Assembly (NCBI GenBank): GCA_030141605.1 | Contig: JAQGDQ010002372.1 | Span: 372,001-436,000 of the forward strand | DNA length: 64,000 nucleotides | Source: Tubiluchus corallicola | Lineage: Eukaryota; Animalia; Priapulida | Direction: 5' to 3' | In this document: one piece after another, positions 44,301 to 59,300 of the stretch | Position numbering within the stretch: position 1 is the stretch's first letter | Layout of the letters: each line of letters begins with the position of its first letter | Position numbers and translations under genes: made by a program | Notes under the pieces: model-generated | What the model was told of the DNA's origin: nothing | The model's database searches: none | Seen by the model: only the letters and a program-made list of their open reading frames with translations

Positions 44301-47300
44301 CCAAGTTGTTGTCGAAGCCATTGAATGTTCAGATTTTTTATATCTTTCCCATCAATCATCTAGTTAAAGTTAAATATCATTAGCAAAAATAGCTAGCCTA
44401 GATTATGATGAATCAAAGACTCGATTGACCGTTGCTACCTTTCACTGCTTTGAAATTTTTTGGAGGTTTTCTTCCCCTTTATTTATAAAAACTAACCTCT
44501 AAATATTTGTGAAAAAACCATCAAATTGGAAACTGTGGTAACTTTCCTGGCCATTTTTTAATTATTAATAATTTCATTTTTGCTCATTTGAAGAAAATTA
44601 TTACAGTGTATATTAGTTATTGGAAGAAAATTATTACTTAGCTTATCCAAAATTTACAAGTTCCAAAGTTTCCAAGAATTTGTTTCTGTTCACATTAACA
44701 AAGATGGGCTGATATGCCTTTAGTTGCATAAAACCAATTATACAAATAATAAGCAATTACATACAAACAGTGCAGTGTTCTGAAGATTAACTGTCAATTC
44801 ACAAAGATTTTTGCAAGGTTTCATGGCTTCCTAGATACATCCTTCTTCAAGCTTATTCTAAGTTATAGACTGGGAGTCTGGGACTAAAAATGACATATTT
44901 ACCCGATATTTAACTAAACAATACTAGAGTTTACATCCTTTACAACATATGCAGCTCACCACTTGCCCTTCTAGAGGGTCATAAAACCTCTCCAACAGCT
45001 GCACAGTAGTACTCTTTCCACAGCCACTACTACCAACTAAAGCCACCATTTGTGACGGATCAATAGTCAAGTCAAATCCAACAAGCACTGGCACATCTGG
45101 GCGTGATGGATAGTTAAAGTTGACTGACTTAAACTGTATTCTCCCAATACAAGTACTCTAAAACAATGAACAGTGAACATTCAGCATTCGAGTTCATAAA
45201 CATTGTTACAGTAAAAAAATATGTAAAATTGCAATACAGTTCTGAAAAAAATAAGGTCAACAGTTTCACACGCACTGTACTGCAAGTATCCGATGATCGT
45301 TAACAAGTTGCACTAGCGGCTCAAGCATATTGAATAGCATTAAATTTTCACAAAAAATAATCTATACAAGGAAGTAATACATTGTCATTTAGACAAACAA
45401 GCTTTCTTATTATCTCTTCAAAGGTGTAATCCTTGAAACTTTGATAAAAACTTCATTGGTGTTTTCCTTTCAAATAAGATTAATGAAAAAAACTTGGGCA
45501 GAAATGTTTATTAGAAAATACGATCCTGAAAAGATTCAACAAAAAGCACCATTTCCATTTCCTTTTCAATCCATTTACTAACCTGGCTCAGCATTACTTA
45601 ACTTTGGTTGCAAAACATATGCTATGGCCATTTTCCTTTTCACAAAATGTCAAAAAGTTACTTCTTTTATACTGATGATCAATTGTACAGCTTACAGGTT
45701 TTTCACCATCAGGAGATGAACTATCAATCAATGGAACTCGGTCAAATAAATGCAAGACTCTCTGTGAAGAAGTTTTAGCTTTGGCAAAGTCCGGTGCAAA
45801 GCTGCTGGCCTGACCCAGTGACATTGCTCCAAACACAATAGCAGAAAATACTCTAAAAGCATTAAAATAAATTATGATACAGAACTTATCAGGCAGTCTC
45901 ATTTATGGCACGAATTTAATTTGCTCTGTGCATGTTGGCAAAATAGACAACAAAACTAAATTTTTGTTTTTAGTTTAAAAAAAATCATTGTTTAAATCAA
46001 ATAAAAGAATACTTATTTGTACAAATCATCTAAACTATTTTTGATAATCTATTTGAAAGCACTTACTGACTAAAAATATAAGCAAGGAAATAACAAAGCA
46101 TGCTTATCAGCTCTACATAAAATTGGCCATACGTCTTGACAAGTAGTTAACAGCTGTTAACTGTTTCAAAAAATGCCATTTCAGATTTTTGAAAGAATGG
46201 GTATTCCTCCATTCCTTTTTAATCAACAAGTTATCAGCATGAAGTCTGTTTCAGGATTTTAACTTACCAAGAGAAGCATCAAAAACAACATATTTTATTT
46301 TTAGGATGATTTTCAGGAAAAAACTCACCAATTTCTGCACAACTCTGGATGCAAACTTCAAACACTTGTATGTATGTGCAAAGTATTTGTAAAATTTAAG
46401 CCACTCACTTGAAAACCTTTTCGTAGTCTAAACCCTTCTCTTCGATTAGCACTGCACCATAGTAGAAGCAAGCAGAATATGCAAAGAAGATGATACCCTG
46501 TGAAAAGCTGAATGCTATACCGTACAAATGACATCGGATCATTGAATTCCTGTTGGTTCAAAATAGCTTTATTGTAGAATGAATTAGCTTGCCAAATGCT
46601 TAAAGAACGGGTATTGCACTGTTACGACATTAACAAGGCTGAAAACTTTTTGAAATTTTAACAAATCAATGCCTTACAAAACAGCCCAACAATTTTTATA
46701 ATCACATAAAACAAACTATATAAATGAAAAGATCAGAAAGTACAAGTGTATCAAAAATTAGGTAGACCACAATAAAAATACATTCTCCTACTTTCCAGAA
46801 ACTGCCATAACAACATAAGTATGACATTATTGCCTAACTAATTTCCAGAACATACTAGGAAAAGAAAACTTGGCATTCGTGGCATACAAGCTTAATTAGT
46901 TCAAACAACTGCTTTAGAATTCCTCAGCTTCGCTTTAGAAGACCCGGAATTAATCCTCGGCCCAACAACAACAACAACAACAACAACAACACGCGCACGC
47001 ACGAGCACGCACATGCACACACACACACACCCTACCTCACCGAAATGAAAAAAATGTAAAACAAATCTTTGCTTTCACATGTTGATCATCAATACAAAGA
47101 TTATATATCTAAATGGAATATGAAGCCTTGACGTGTCCCTACTGTGTTCTACCTGTCATCAAACCAATCATGACAAAAATGAAAAGTGCAAAAAAAAATC
47201 TTCTTAATTTTGATACAACTACATACTTAAATGGAATACGAAGACTTGAAGAATACTGATTGACAAAATGCTTCTCCTTCGACAATGATGCCACTGTTCT

Positions 47301-50300
47301 GATGTTATCTATTCCTTCTGTAGCCACCTTTAAAATAATTGTTCATACATTAAAATCACAAGTAAATGAGCAAGGAAATAAATGAAAATTTAATTGTGTT
47401 TATTATGAGCTTCAATAAATGGACTTTGGCACAAATGTGTCATAAGAAAAAGAAAAATCTGAACTTTCTTGAGAACTCCATTTATAAAAAATCAACACAA
47501 CCGAAAAACAAGGAAAAAGAAAGAACACAACATTTCAAATTCGCACTGTAGTTTTTTCAGAACAAAAACGTGACCACAGTAAGCACTTGTGATTTTTTGC
47601 TCTTTTTGGCCATTTTTGCTCACCCGAAGAATTGCAATGCTAGTTTGAAACATTGTGTTCTTTCTTTTTTCCTTGTTTTTAATTGTGGGACGTTTTATTT
47701 CATTCTACTATTCTTGTTCTCAAAAATTGTTATCTGCGTTATGAGAGCTTCAAGCTTACACGTCCACTGTTCTCTAATGCATCCTTATCAAGATGCGCAT
47801 TTCCTGCCAACATTTTCATCTGTAGTACACCACCAAGCATTATAAAAGGTGTGAAAGCCAGAATGACCAGCGTGAGTTGCCAGCTATTAGAAAAAGCTAT
47901 AGCTAATCCACATGCAATACTAGCAAATCCGTTTAGCGTGGATCCGAGTCGTGCTCCTGTTGCCTGAAAATATAAAAATAAGCATCATATCTTCATACAG
48001 AAGGCATTATTACTGTGCCTACAATGTTAATGGCTGTTCTCTTATATTAAGAATAATGACCGAATCGTATATATGCCTGTAATGTGACATCACTTCATTA
48101 TAGTATAAACCTGCACAGAATGTTGGGTGATTATAGTGGAGCAGTAATTACAAAAGTAGCCGACTCAAAAGTCATTGATTTACAATATTTCATAACAACA
48201 AATTGTTAAACTGAACACTTATAAATTACTTCAGGTTTGCACATCATTTCTCACATTAAAGCGAAATCTAGAAATTCTGACACAAAACTCCAACATAATG
48301 AATTATACCATGTCATCTAAAAAGATCAAACATTCTTAGAATTAAAATTTCCTTCACCTCCAGTTTAAAATTTGTCAGAACAATTAAACAAAATTTACCC
48401 CTGAAACCTACCAAACAATACATCTTAAGGCAAAACACAACACATAAGCGTTACTTACATAGCTACTTGTCAAAAAGGCACCGAAAAAGTAATAGCCATA
48501 CTGGAAGTTAAGAATAAGTTTCAAATGGTGACACAAAACAAGAACAGCTTATGAAGCTGATCTCCAGGACAGCAAACACCATGAAAACATATTATTAATG
48601 ACACAATGTTTCTTAAAAAAAACCAACCCCCTGAACATTAGACGCATCAGTAGCAAGACGAGTCATGAGTGCCCCCACTGTATTCTTCCTGTCATCAAAC
48701 CAACCAATCTCTTGTCTTAGCATTGATGTGAAGCCCATATAACGTAATCTCTTAGTCAAGCTTTCTCCAGATATGCCAAAGAAATACACCTATTTTTAAA
48801 AAGTTAAGAAATTAAGTATTTAAGCAACGGCATCGACAAAGTCTTCTTAAAGAAAGAAAGAACTTTAATAGTATAATGAAATAACCCAATTTCAATTGAT
48901 TTATAATGCTACAAATACACTACAATGACTAAAAATAGTTGAAGAATCAGAAGCATAATTCCTAGAAAGCAACACTGTTTTGCTCAATGAAGAATGTTTA
49001 CAAACATAATTTAAACATTAGCTGATTAGAAAATATGTATTTGATAAGAGCAAAGGAAATTTGAGAATCTACTATTAAATACAGGAAATGTCCAAGTATT
49101 TCATTTTTTACCTGTAAAAACATAGTGGCTCCAGCTGCAATTCCAACGAGGAGAAAAAGAAGTGCATACCAATTGGACTCTTTTTCTTGCTCCTCTAGGT
49201 CTATGATTGAAAACACCTAACACATTAAAAATGCAGTTGATTTACTTCACTTTTCACATGATAAGCACCAAACGACTTTTCACCATAAAACAACTGTTCT
49301 GTGAATCCTGTAACAGAATGCCATCAACACAAAATGTGCTACTAGTTAAAAATGAAACATTAATGTTTGCATAAACAATCATCAGTCATACCCCAAGCAC
49401 TTCTGCAAAAAGGACAGCAAATATAGGCATAATAGTTCCATTAGCCATCGCACAGAATGTTCCCACAGCGATGAATGGCCACTCAGGAGAGTTCAACTTC
49501 ATCAGACGTAGTGTACTTGGAGGAGGGAGATCCGACACATCATCCTGTGGAGAAAAGTGAAATTCTCTTAATGCAGAGTGCAAAAGCTTAAAATTTTGAA
49601 AACATTTACTGCTGTCATGCCTGAAGTCAGGTGTGAAGTCAGATCAGAACTGGACTCAATCTTAAACTGTATGTCAAAACAATCTACTCTATGAAATATT
49701 GAAAGAGAACACAGTATTTTTTCAAGAATGGCATGTGTCATTGACTTCTTCACTTAATTTAAGAAAATCTGAATTTTTTTTAAACTTGCCGAGTTTTAGT
49801 ACAACACACTGAATCTCTTCAATCTTCCCTTTCATAAACACATGCAACACGCTCGTTGAATATTTTTGCTGTTGAAAATTATGTTCGTTTGTGATGTCAT
49901 CAATAGTTAATTAATTAATGCCATTAATTAAGATTTTAATCTATTTTTTAACTATCAGTAACACTTTTTCAGTATTACTGGTGTGAAAATGTATACTTTT
50001 TACTATTCTTAAAAATGGGATAGTATAAGAAAAATCAACCTGTCTTCCTTTAAACATCTCTCTAAAAAGACAAAAATGCATCTCAATCGTAACTTATCGG
50101 ACAGGTGTAATTATTAGCAATTTATACATGTAAAATCATCTATGTGATAAACAGGTAACTAAAAGACAATAAAACCATGAAATAAACTCATGCCTTTCTA
50201 CTCATTACATGCAAACTGCTTAATGCTTGTAAAAATTTGTGTCCTGCTTATTATCCTGCTGCAGTACAAAATACTTGCATTTTCTGCATTTGCAAACCAT

Positions 50301-53300
50301 AACAGCTTTTCAGAATGTACAATTTTGTACAAACAGACAAAAACAATGCTGTAATAACATCTGCATCAATTAAGTGGACATTATGCAAATTAAGCTTGAT
50401 ATACCAGTTAAAACCACAAACCATCTGAAGCTATGAAGCTGAAATTAGAAAGCCATTTTGCAATAGATATTCACTTATGAATATCAAATTTATTGTAATA
50501 CCCAGTATAAAACATTAAATTATAGTTTAAGGACGAACAGAATGCTAAAAAATCATCAGCAAAAAACTGAAGGCTTTCTCATAACTTTTCACTATAGAAA
50601 ATAACGTTCAACTTCTGTGCAAGTTCAACTGATATTTTCTGTCATATTATGGCACACTAAGTTTGTTTACAATAAAAAGATAGGCAAACAAACTAGCACA
50701 TTGGAGCAGATCGATCTCTAGCCGATAATGCTCTAATATCTGCAATAGGAACGTGGATGTTAAAAGTTTCTCCTGAAATAAATTTTCACTTTGACTACAC
50801 CTAAAATAAACTTTGATTGAGCCTTCTGTTATTAGCACAAAATGAATGGTAACAAGCACTTATGGTCATTAGTTTATGCAGTTTCTTCAAAAGGTCTATT
50901 TCATTTTCACCATGCCATTTACATACAAGTGCCACAACTTTTAAGTGCTGACTGAGCCATAAAACGTACGAGTTTGACTAAAACAGGTGTTTCATACATG
51001 TAAAATGCAAATATTTTCAAGTTCAAGCTCTGTGCCTGTGAGGTTGTTACCAAACTATCACATGTTTCTTTCGCATCTGCAATTTTACATGAAACATCTT
51101 TACCAGTTATTTTTTTCACCGTGAAGTGTTTTTTGATGTGCGTTTAAAAGCCCAAATTGCTGTCGGGACTGAAATATGTTGTTGAGTAAATTATACGAAG
51201 CTGACCCTAGCAAATGATAAACTAAAGGTATTAATAATAAAACAGAAGCTATAAACACAAAACTAGTATACAACTAGTACTTTACTGAAGGACAAAAATG
51301 TCATAATTATAACTGTAAAAGAAGTCAATAAGCGTCTTATTTAAAAGCTAATGTCATAATTATATCGTATTTTGACTTCTCACAGTCACAACATAATTAC
51401 TGTTGCAGCAATTCTAATACCAACATATCAGCTTGGGTCTGAAATCGGATCGGATCGGCCAACAGCAATAGGTAAAAATAATCGGTATCGGATCGTAACA
51501 CAGATTCCCATATCGGCACATCTCTGGTTTAGTCTAGTCTAGTCTAATCTAATGCAATCAATGCTGAACATATAAGATGAATTTTACTCAATCAATGTTT
51601 ACCTCATCAACTTCAGGAGCTGCAGGTTTATCCGATCCTATTGATGTTACTGACATTCCACGAGAAATCTGTCGACTTAACACTCTTTTTACAGACACAT
51701 GGCTCTCAGAACGAGTTTTAGGAGAACCAGAAAGATCAGTATATGATATAACGGCTGCTTCATTCTCTTCAATGTCTTCCAAACCTTCGCTCTTAAAAAA
51801 ATTAAATCAACCTCAGAAAAATTCTGAATTAGTAAAGCTGCACAGAATACAGACCATAAAGTTTTGAAGTAAAGTTCAACTCAAATGACACAAAAACAAC
51901 AACGTCCAGAAAAGCAGCAATTTGTGTAAAGTCCCTCGACCAAAAATTATGTGGATGGTTTCAATAAAAATTTTCAGTTACTAGCTTACCTGTGCCATTA
52001 CTAAGTGATAGTAGACTCCACCCTTTTTCATTAGTTCTGCATGACTACCTTCCTCAACTGACACACCCAATTCAATAGGCACAATCTTGTCAGCATTTTT
52101 AATGGTTGAAAGTCGATGAGCTATCACAACTGTAGTGCGCCCCAATCGTGCCTGTAAAACACAAGTTTGGATCAAACCCACCATACCAACTAAGGCCCTG
52201 GCAACTACTAATCAGAACAGAGCTGATAACACATAACTCTGAATGGTACAGAATCGACTTTTTAGTGGATTGTTAAAATGCCTTACATTATCCAATGCTG
52301 CTTGCACAGTAGCTTCACTCTCTGTATCTAATGCTGATGTGGCTTCATCTAGCAGTAATATCCGAGGATTACGAACAAGAGCTCTAGCTATAGCAATTCT
52401 TTGCTTCTGACCACCAGACAGTTGTGCACCTCTCTCTCCGACTAGGGTGTTGTATTTCTAAATAAACCACAACAAATGTTAATATCAGTTATGAAGACAC
52501 ACTGTGTAAAATTTTGATTGTTTACATAGCTGCACACTATTATGTACACCCCAATTACTTGCAGAATCAAGTTAACATTTCGTCAGTCAGAATCAAAGCA
52601 CAATCTAAGTACTGTAAATTTGAGCCAAAGGGCGAAGGCTGCTATATGTAAACATGACAAGCTAAATTCAGTTTTAGGCAAATCCAAAGGGATTTGTGTG
52701 CTGTTTTTAATAAAGCACTACCAACACAACTTAATAGTAATAATAAAAGTCAATTGTCAGCTAAATTGGTATAGTTCAACTTTTCATTCATGCCACAAGT
52801 TTTTGAATGCAAAAGCGACTTTTTGACACAAAGGCAGACAAAATAAAACCTGAAATTAGTGTACATGACAACAAATCCTTTCTTAATAACACAAGAGGCA
52901 AACCACGGAAAGTTTTCTCTTTTAGATATTTTATAATCTGATGATTTTAGGATGAAGAAAATGATACCTGTGGCAACTTCATAATGAAGTTGTGAGCATT
53001 TGCCTCCCGGGCTGCATCCTCTATCTGAGTTTGCGAAACTCCATCACGTCCATAGCGAATATTCTCTCCAATCGTAGTGCCAAACAATACAGGCTCTTGG
53101 CTGACGATTCCAATATTATCTCTTAACCATTTTACGTTCAGTGTTTTTATATCTCGCCCATCCAACATCACCTATAACATGATGGCCAGTTATGACATTG
53201 CAACAAAACCATGAAAAAATCATGAACTTTCTAAAGTTTGAGAAATCCTTTGACAATCATTTGCATTACATCTGTATGTCAGCAGCCCATCAACTGCTGA

Positions 53301-56300
53301 GGGTGCCCATCAACTGCTGAGGGATTTCCAGGTTTCCAAACAGCTCTTTATATTAGAATGAAAGATATAGCTAAACAATGCTTCATTGTAAAAAGGCCAA
53401 AATAAAATATCAGCAATAAATGACTCAAATTTGATGAAACTCACAATAGCAATAATAAAGACTCTGATTGTATAATAGTAAAAGTAACAATACCGAACCA
53501 TTGATGGTGTCATACAATCGTTGTATGAGTTGCACAACTGTACTTTTTCCACAACCACTTGGACCTACCAGTGCCACGGTTTGTCCATTCTCAACTCTCA
53601 AATTCAGACCTTTCAGCACCTGAGGCACAAAATAAAATTTGTAGTTTAAAGTTTCATTTTCTCAATAACTCTCAACCCAATAATAGCAAAAGGGTTGTGC
53701 AAAAATTAAAAAAATGAAACCAAACCAAATCCAAACTGAAACTTTCTAAATATTGTAATGGAAATTTTGCAAGCATCTGAAGTAAATTTACAATTGCACA
53801 ATGTCGGTCTGAGCCATTTTAAAGGCTCATCATAAATGCAAATGGACTGACTTGCCAAAACGTGAATTAGCTGTGTTCAATCTACTATAATAATGAAATT
53901 ATGGGGTCTTTACAAAGTAAACCGTGGACTGAAACTGTGGCTCAGTGGTCAACTGGGCTTGGTTTTTGCACATCCCTAATTAGTAATGTACAGGTAGTTA
54001 AAAACAGTACAATGGCATACTGATGCACAAGTCATGACATAAAATCACAAAAATGGTAAATCGAATGCTAACAGGAAATATTTTGAACTTCTAAAGGAAA
54101 TATTTTGAGCGAAGAAAGCTTTAACAACTAACCTTTACATCAGGCCTAGACGGATACTGAAAATGCACATCCTTAAATTCAATATTCCCTACAATATTGG
54201 AAGGTTTTTCACCTGATGTAGATTGTGAATCTATGACTGGAACCTATAAATAATAACACTGCCATTATAACTACTAATGAATTAAAAAATATATCACTGT
54301 CAGCAAAGCAACATTCATCACATGCAGTATACTTAACCTAAATAATACTTTTGAATGTTGATAAGCTAAATCACTTATGAGACTGCTCAGTCATTGTTAA
54401 AATGACATGAATTAGCTTAAACTATAGACATTTGCACACGCACTCTATAAATTTTGACATTAAGGAATGCATTAGTCTCAACAGACATCATTTTGATTTT
54501 TGGGAGACAATACAATATACATTTCTAAAACCACAAAAATACTGCCAACAACATCATTCTGGTAACTGGGAATATTAGTTACAACATAAAAATACTTGCA
54601 ACAAAAGTCATTAATAAATTAATGATTCACAAGACAATCACAACATCTTTGCAACTCAAGATATTACAGCAAGCCCTGCAAATATAGTCATAACACTTTA
54701 ATCATGTCTCAGTGAGTATATGTGGTCAGTATAAGAGAGAACTTTTGTAAATGAAAAATAATTTGTAATAAAGTGGTAATAAAAATATCCTATATGAAAT
54801 GGTATGACAATACAGATCAGTAAGCACTACCTGAATGACTTATCAAGAAGGAACATAAAGTTGCAAGAATTGTCTCACAGATGAGTTAAAAAAGTGAAGT
54901 ACATAATTATTTTGAAATATTTTTGAATGACAAAAATCAGCTCCAACTGACACTCTTTAACTTAAAACTTTGATTTGCCCACCCATAATTATCACCACAC
55001 CACATATCGGGTATCTGGGGCTATTATACGAAGAAAAAATGAAATTGCTTAGAAATTACCATACTGGATTAACCATAGGAATGTGCATAAATGCCAGAAG
55101 TCATTCCCTTAGATTCTTTTAAAGAAACAGAAATTTAAATCAGCAAGTCAAAAAAACAAATGCCATAAAATATTTTGTATATCTCCATTGTTAAAATTAC
55201 AAGTGCTCACATGTCCATCATTTTCAATGCAAACTAGATGAAGGCATTTTTTTCCAACAGCCGATATACCTATTACTTCTTTATGGAATATCTAGTTCCA
55301 GCACTTAACAATTTTTGCTTTCAATTTTTCTGTATCAAACATCTCTGTGCAACTTTGGGTACACTCTCTTTCAGGAATTTCAGATACCACAGTCCAGAGG
55401 ATTAAGTCCCATTTTTTCCTAACAACTTGACAATAAATCTTTATTGGTGTGTTATCTTTTGTGGTGAAAACCAAGATGTAAACTGTTTAATTTCTTTGTT
55501 GTTTTGCTGCAATTTATTGAATGCTTTATACATGAATGTGATTGTTTTTTCAATTGATGAATAGCTGATATTGTGCATTTAAATTTTTAACATACAAAAG
55601 CTTTTCGGCTACAACTTAAACTTAAACATCGCTAAAGCCAGTGGTTCCCAAAGTAGGGGTAAATTACCCCCCGGGGGTAATATGGTTTTTTTGGGGGGGT
55701 AACGGGCACCCCTCCGAAAATTTTTAAAACTTCGCTCGGAATGCATTTTACGTAGTTTTCTTCCAAAACAATACAACAACAACACCTGGAAATTTATTTA
55801 TGTCACGAGCAAACATAAATAATTTTGCTTGCTTGTGGCATATACGTGTGTTTGCTTTTTGAGTTGGAGATGTAGTACTAGGTGGGGGGTAATGGACACG
55901 ACCGGGTTTCCCGATTTGGGTAACGGTCCGAGAAAGTTTGGAAACCACTGGCTAAAGCCAAAAATATGTAGCTCTCACAGGCAAAAGTTAATGTATTGTA
56001 ACACCATGAAATTTCAACTTTTTAAGGCACTTGCTTCTAATGTTATTGCAGTCTCAACATTGGCCCATTTCTTCTGTGCCACCAAAAATATCTTAACTAC
56101 TTCTCTAACATTGCAATTAGAAAATCAGGAAACTTGTCTAATTTATCAGCCACAAAACTTAAGTATTTAAAAACAATTTAGATTAATTTATTAAGCTTCA
56201 AAATGGTAAATCTGGAAAACAGAAAATGTAAATTTCTGGAAATAACTTAACACACCGTGTCTATTATCTCATACACTTTTGAAGCTGCACCTCGTGCATT

Positions 56301-59300
56301 AGCAAAATCTGACAACGGAGCTGCTGCATGGCCCATGGCAAATGCGCCTATCATGACAGCAAAGAATACCTGAAAAATTACAGTTAGTTTATTAAACTAT
56401 AAAATAGGTTGCAAATGAGGCAAAAGAAAAATGAAGCTATTTTAAATTAGCTCACTAATTTTCAAAATCATAACATGGTTTACAAAATTCAGTTTCACGT
56501 ACATTACAAAAACTAACAAAAATATAACTCCTCGGTGATTTTAATCAGATTGATAAATCCAGCATGAGAGAACAATCTGACACTATTCTTCTGTCAATGA
56601 ATTTGTCATCTTTCACAAAATGAGCAAGTTAACTTTATACCGTCATAAGTGTACCAGCTGTGTATTCCGGATCTTCTCTTACAAGTCTGGAACCATACCA
56701 AAACGCCAAAGAGTAAACGCAGAAAATAAGCATCCATGTTAAGCCAAGCCCTGTTCCAGTAGTTAACCCTTTCTGTATTCCAATCTTCTTTGCATCAGCT
56801 AAATTTTTTTCATATCTGCATCCAGAAAGCAGAAAACATGTTGAATTTATATACTTACAACAGTATAGTATACATTTAAAAATAATTACTTTCAGCACAG
56901 CATGATAAAACGAAGTCAATTTTGCAAGGCATTACAAATGTAGGCCAATTTCTTATGAATGGTAGGACAACAAGGTTATCAAGTGTACATAGTCAAAGCA
57001 GAATTTTGTAAAATCACGTATTTCATTTAATAATGTGTCTAATTTCGGCATTTTATTAAAGAAACACAAAACAAAGACAGCAATGGCACCTCAGGAGCTT
57101 AACCATACTGCTGGCTAATCTTCAACGAGGTAAATGACATTACATGTATATATATATTCCTTAATTGTTCAAAGGCGTTAAGCTTTTCTCATCCAGAAAC
57201 AGATTTTTTTGTAATAAATTTACAGGGATATATTGAAATTATACAAGAGAGAAAGTCTAATATGCATTTCTGTCTTTTTCTGAAAATGCAAGTAAAGCCT
57301 GCATATAGGTCTTGATGTAATAATTTCATTAATTTATAGTCAGAATCATTTTAACAAAATTTAGCATTTCCTTTACCTGTGTCAAATCCAGATTATTAAA
57401 ACAAGAAAATGCTCTTTTTTATAAGTTTCAGATTAGAAAGCCTCTTTCATAATATTTTGTTACTTCTTTTAACCATCTATTACTTTTAAAGATAGTCTTA
57501 ATTACTACTACTTTACTAATTAATACAACATTATCTACCATGCCAATATGGCACATCATCTCAAAGAAGTTTGCATGCCGAAGCAGATCAGGCTACAGTT
57601 AGACAAGGTGTCAAAAACATCTTTAGAACGAATGTACCATATGGTCCTTGCTTTGCTTAAAGTTTCTTACACATAGTAATAGTGCTTTAAAAAAAGTATA
57701 AAATTTTGAGACAAGAGTACTTAGTTAAGCATCTACTTGTAAATAAAACATCCTAAATAATTTATCTAAGAAGCTATGTAGCACCATAGGTTTTTCGAAA
57801 ATACGAGTGAAAATATATATTCACCCACCTTTCAGCTTCTTTGCGTTCTCCACCAAATGCTACAACAGTTCTTATTGACATGAACACTTCTTCTGCTATT
57901 GCTCCAGCTTTCGCATAAGCGCTTAACTCTCTACTAGTCATTTCAGTAGCAAGCTGAAAACATGAAAAACCATAAAAACTGGAAGTCTCACTTATTAGAC
58001 ATACCTAATAAACATGGCATTATTATAAACCATTCAATGTACCTGAGATTTTTTTAATTGCTACAAAAAGCCGCACTTGTACAAAACTAACCAACTGATG
58101 GCTTCAGAGTAGTTCATTGAAATTTTGAACTTGGCGGCAACTGTATAATAAAAAAGAAAAGCAATAATAGCTTCTATTGCTAACCCGCAATGCATAGTTA
58201 CAACTCTAAATTAATTACAAGTTGACCTATGAATTGTAGCTTTTTGTTTCCTGCAAAATCAGCTGAACTAGAGACTTGTCAGCCAGACGACAGACATGCT
58301 TCTTTCACCTTTTGCTTTAAACTTACTTGCACGTGGCTTTATATAAGTACCCATTCACAGATATTTAATTACCTAATGAGTTTTTCACTCAACCTACGAA
58401 TTTGTCAATGCGCTTTACTCAATAAATCATGATTTCGTATTAAATATTTCCTTCAAAATAAATCGTGCGAACAATTTTCATTAAGCCTTAGTCTACTAAT
58501 ATTATCCTTCTTTTATCTAGCAGCCCACAAAACCTTTGCAATGAATTTATTAATAATAAGAACACTTTTATTTGTAGCAAAAATTTGCTTATATTGAATA
58601 CAATTGTAACTTCTTATCTGATGCCACCTACTATCTCCCATCCTCAAGAAATAAAAAAGTATTGGAGTAAAAATACAATATCGACAGAAAATAATTACAT
58701 TTGCTAAAACTTCATAAGACGTAATTTCAATAAACATTCAACAAAAATTCAAGTAAACCATTTCAAACACGTTGTGGTCAGGTACACGACTTATCACTTT
58801 GACCATACAAATTACACATAATCACACTGTTGTTTGACATAGTGATATGTATAAGTACACAAACAAACTATATTTTCGTACATGTTAACTACAATGCATT
58901 TGTTATATGATATGTGTAAAATAACAATAATAATTTAAAGGCAGAAATATTTTTTGTCTTTCCTGACACATACAACACAATAAATTTCATTTTACAAAAT
59001 TGCAATCAGCTTGTGAACTCAACAGTAGTACTATAATCTAATAAAGAGCATCTGAACTTCTATCCCTGCATTTTTTAACTGGGATGGCCCGTAAATTCAA
59101 TCAAGAGTGTTGATGTTCAGAAGTTAAAATATTACAAAGATAACCACTGAAATCATACCTTAGACATGAAGCCAGCTGCAATAGCAAGTAAAGGACTGAC
59201 TGAGATAATGACCAGACTAAGCTTCCACCCCTTGACAAAGCCAATTATAAATCCTGTTAGACAACAGGTAGTCCATTGTACAAATATTCCCAATTTGTCT

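Noticed and set aside
46875-46962. Possible tRNA or tRNA-derived SINE head (agcttaattagtt ... gacccggaattaatcctcggccc) before a microsatellite
   Set aside because: The A- and B-box matches are too degenerate and no cloverleaf could be built; it would need tRNAscan-SE or a copy search.
47570-47967. Plus-strand ORFs overlapping ABCB exons (also 51577-51867, 59166-59363) and minus-strand ORFs over PHLPP exons
   Set aside because: These are antisense shadows of real coding exons.
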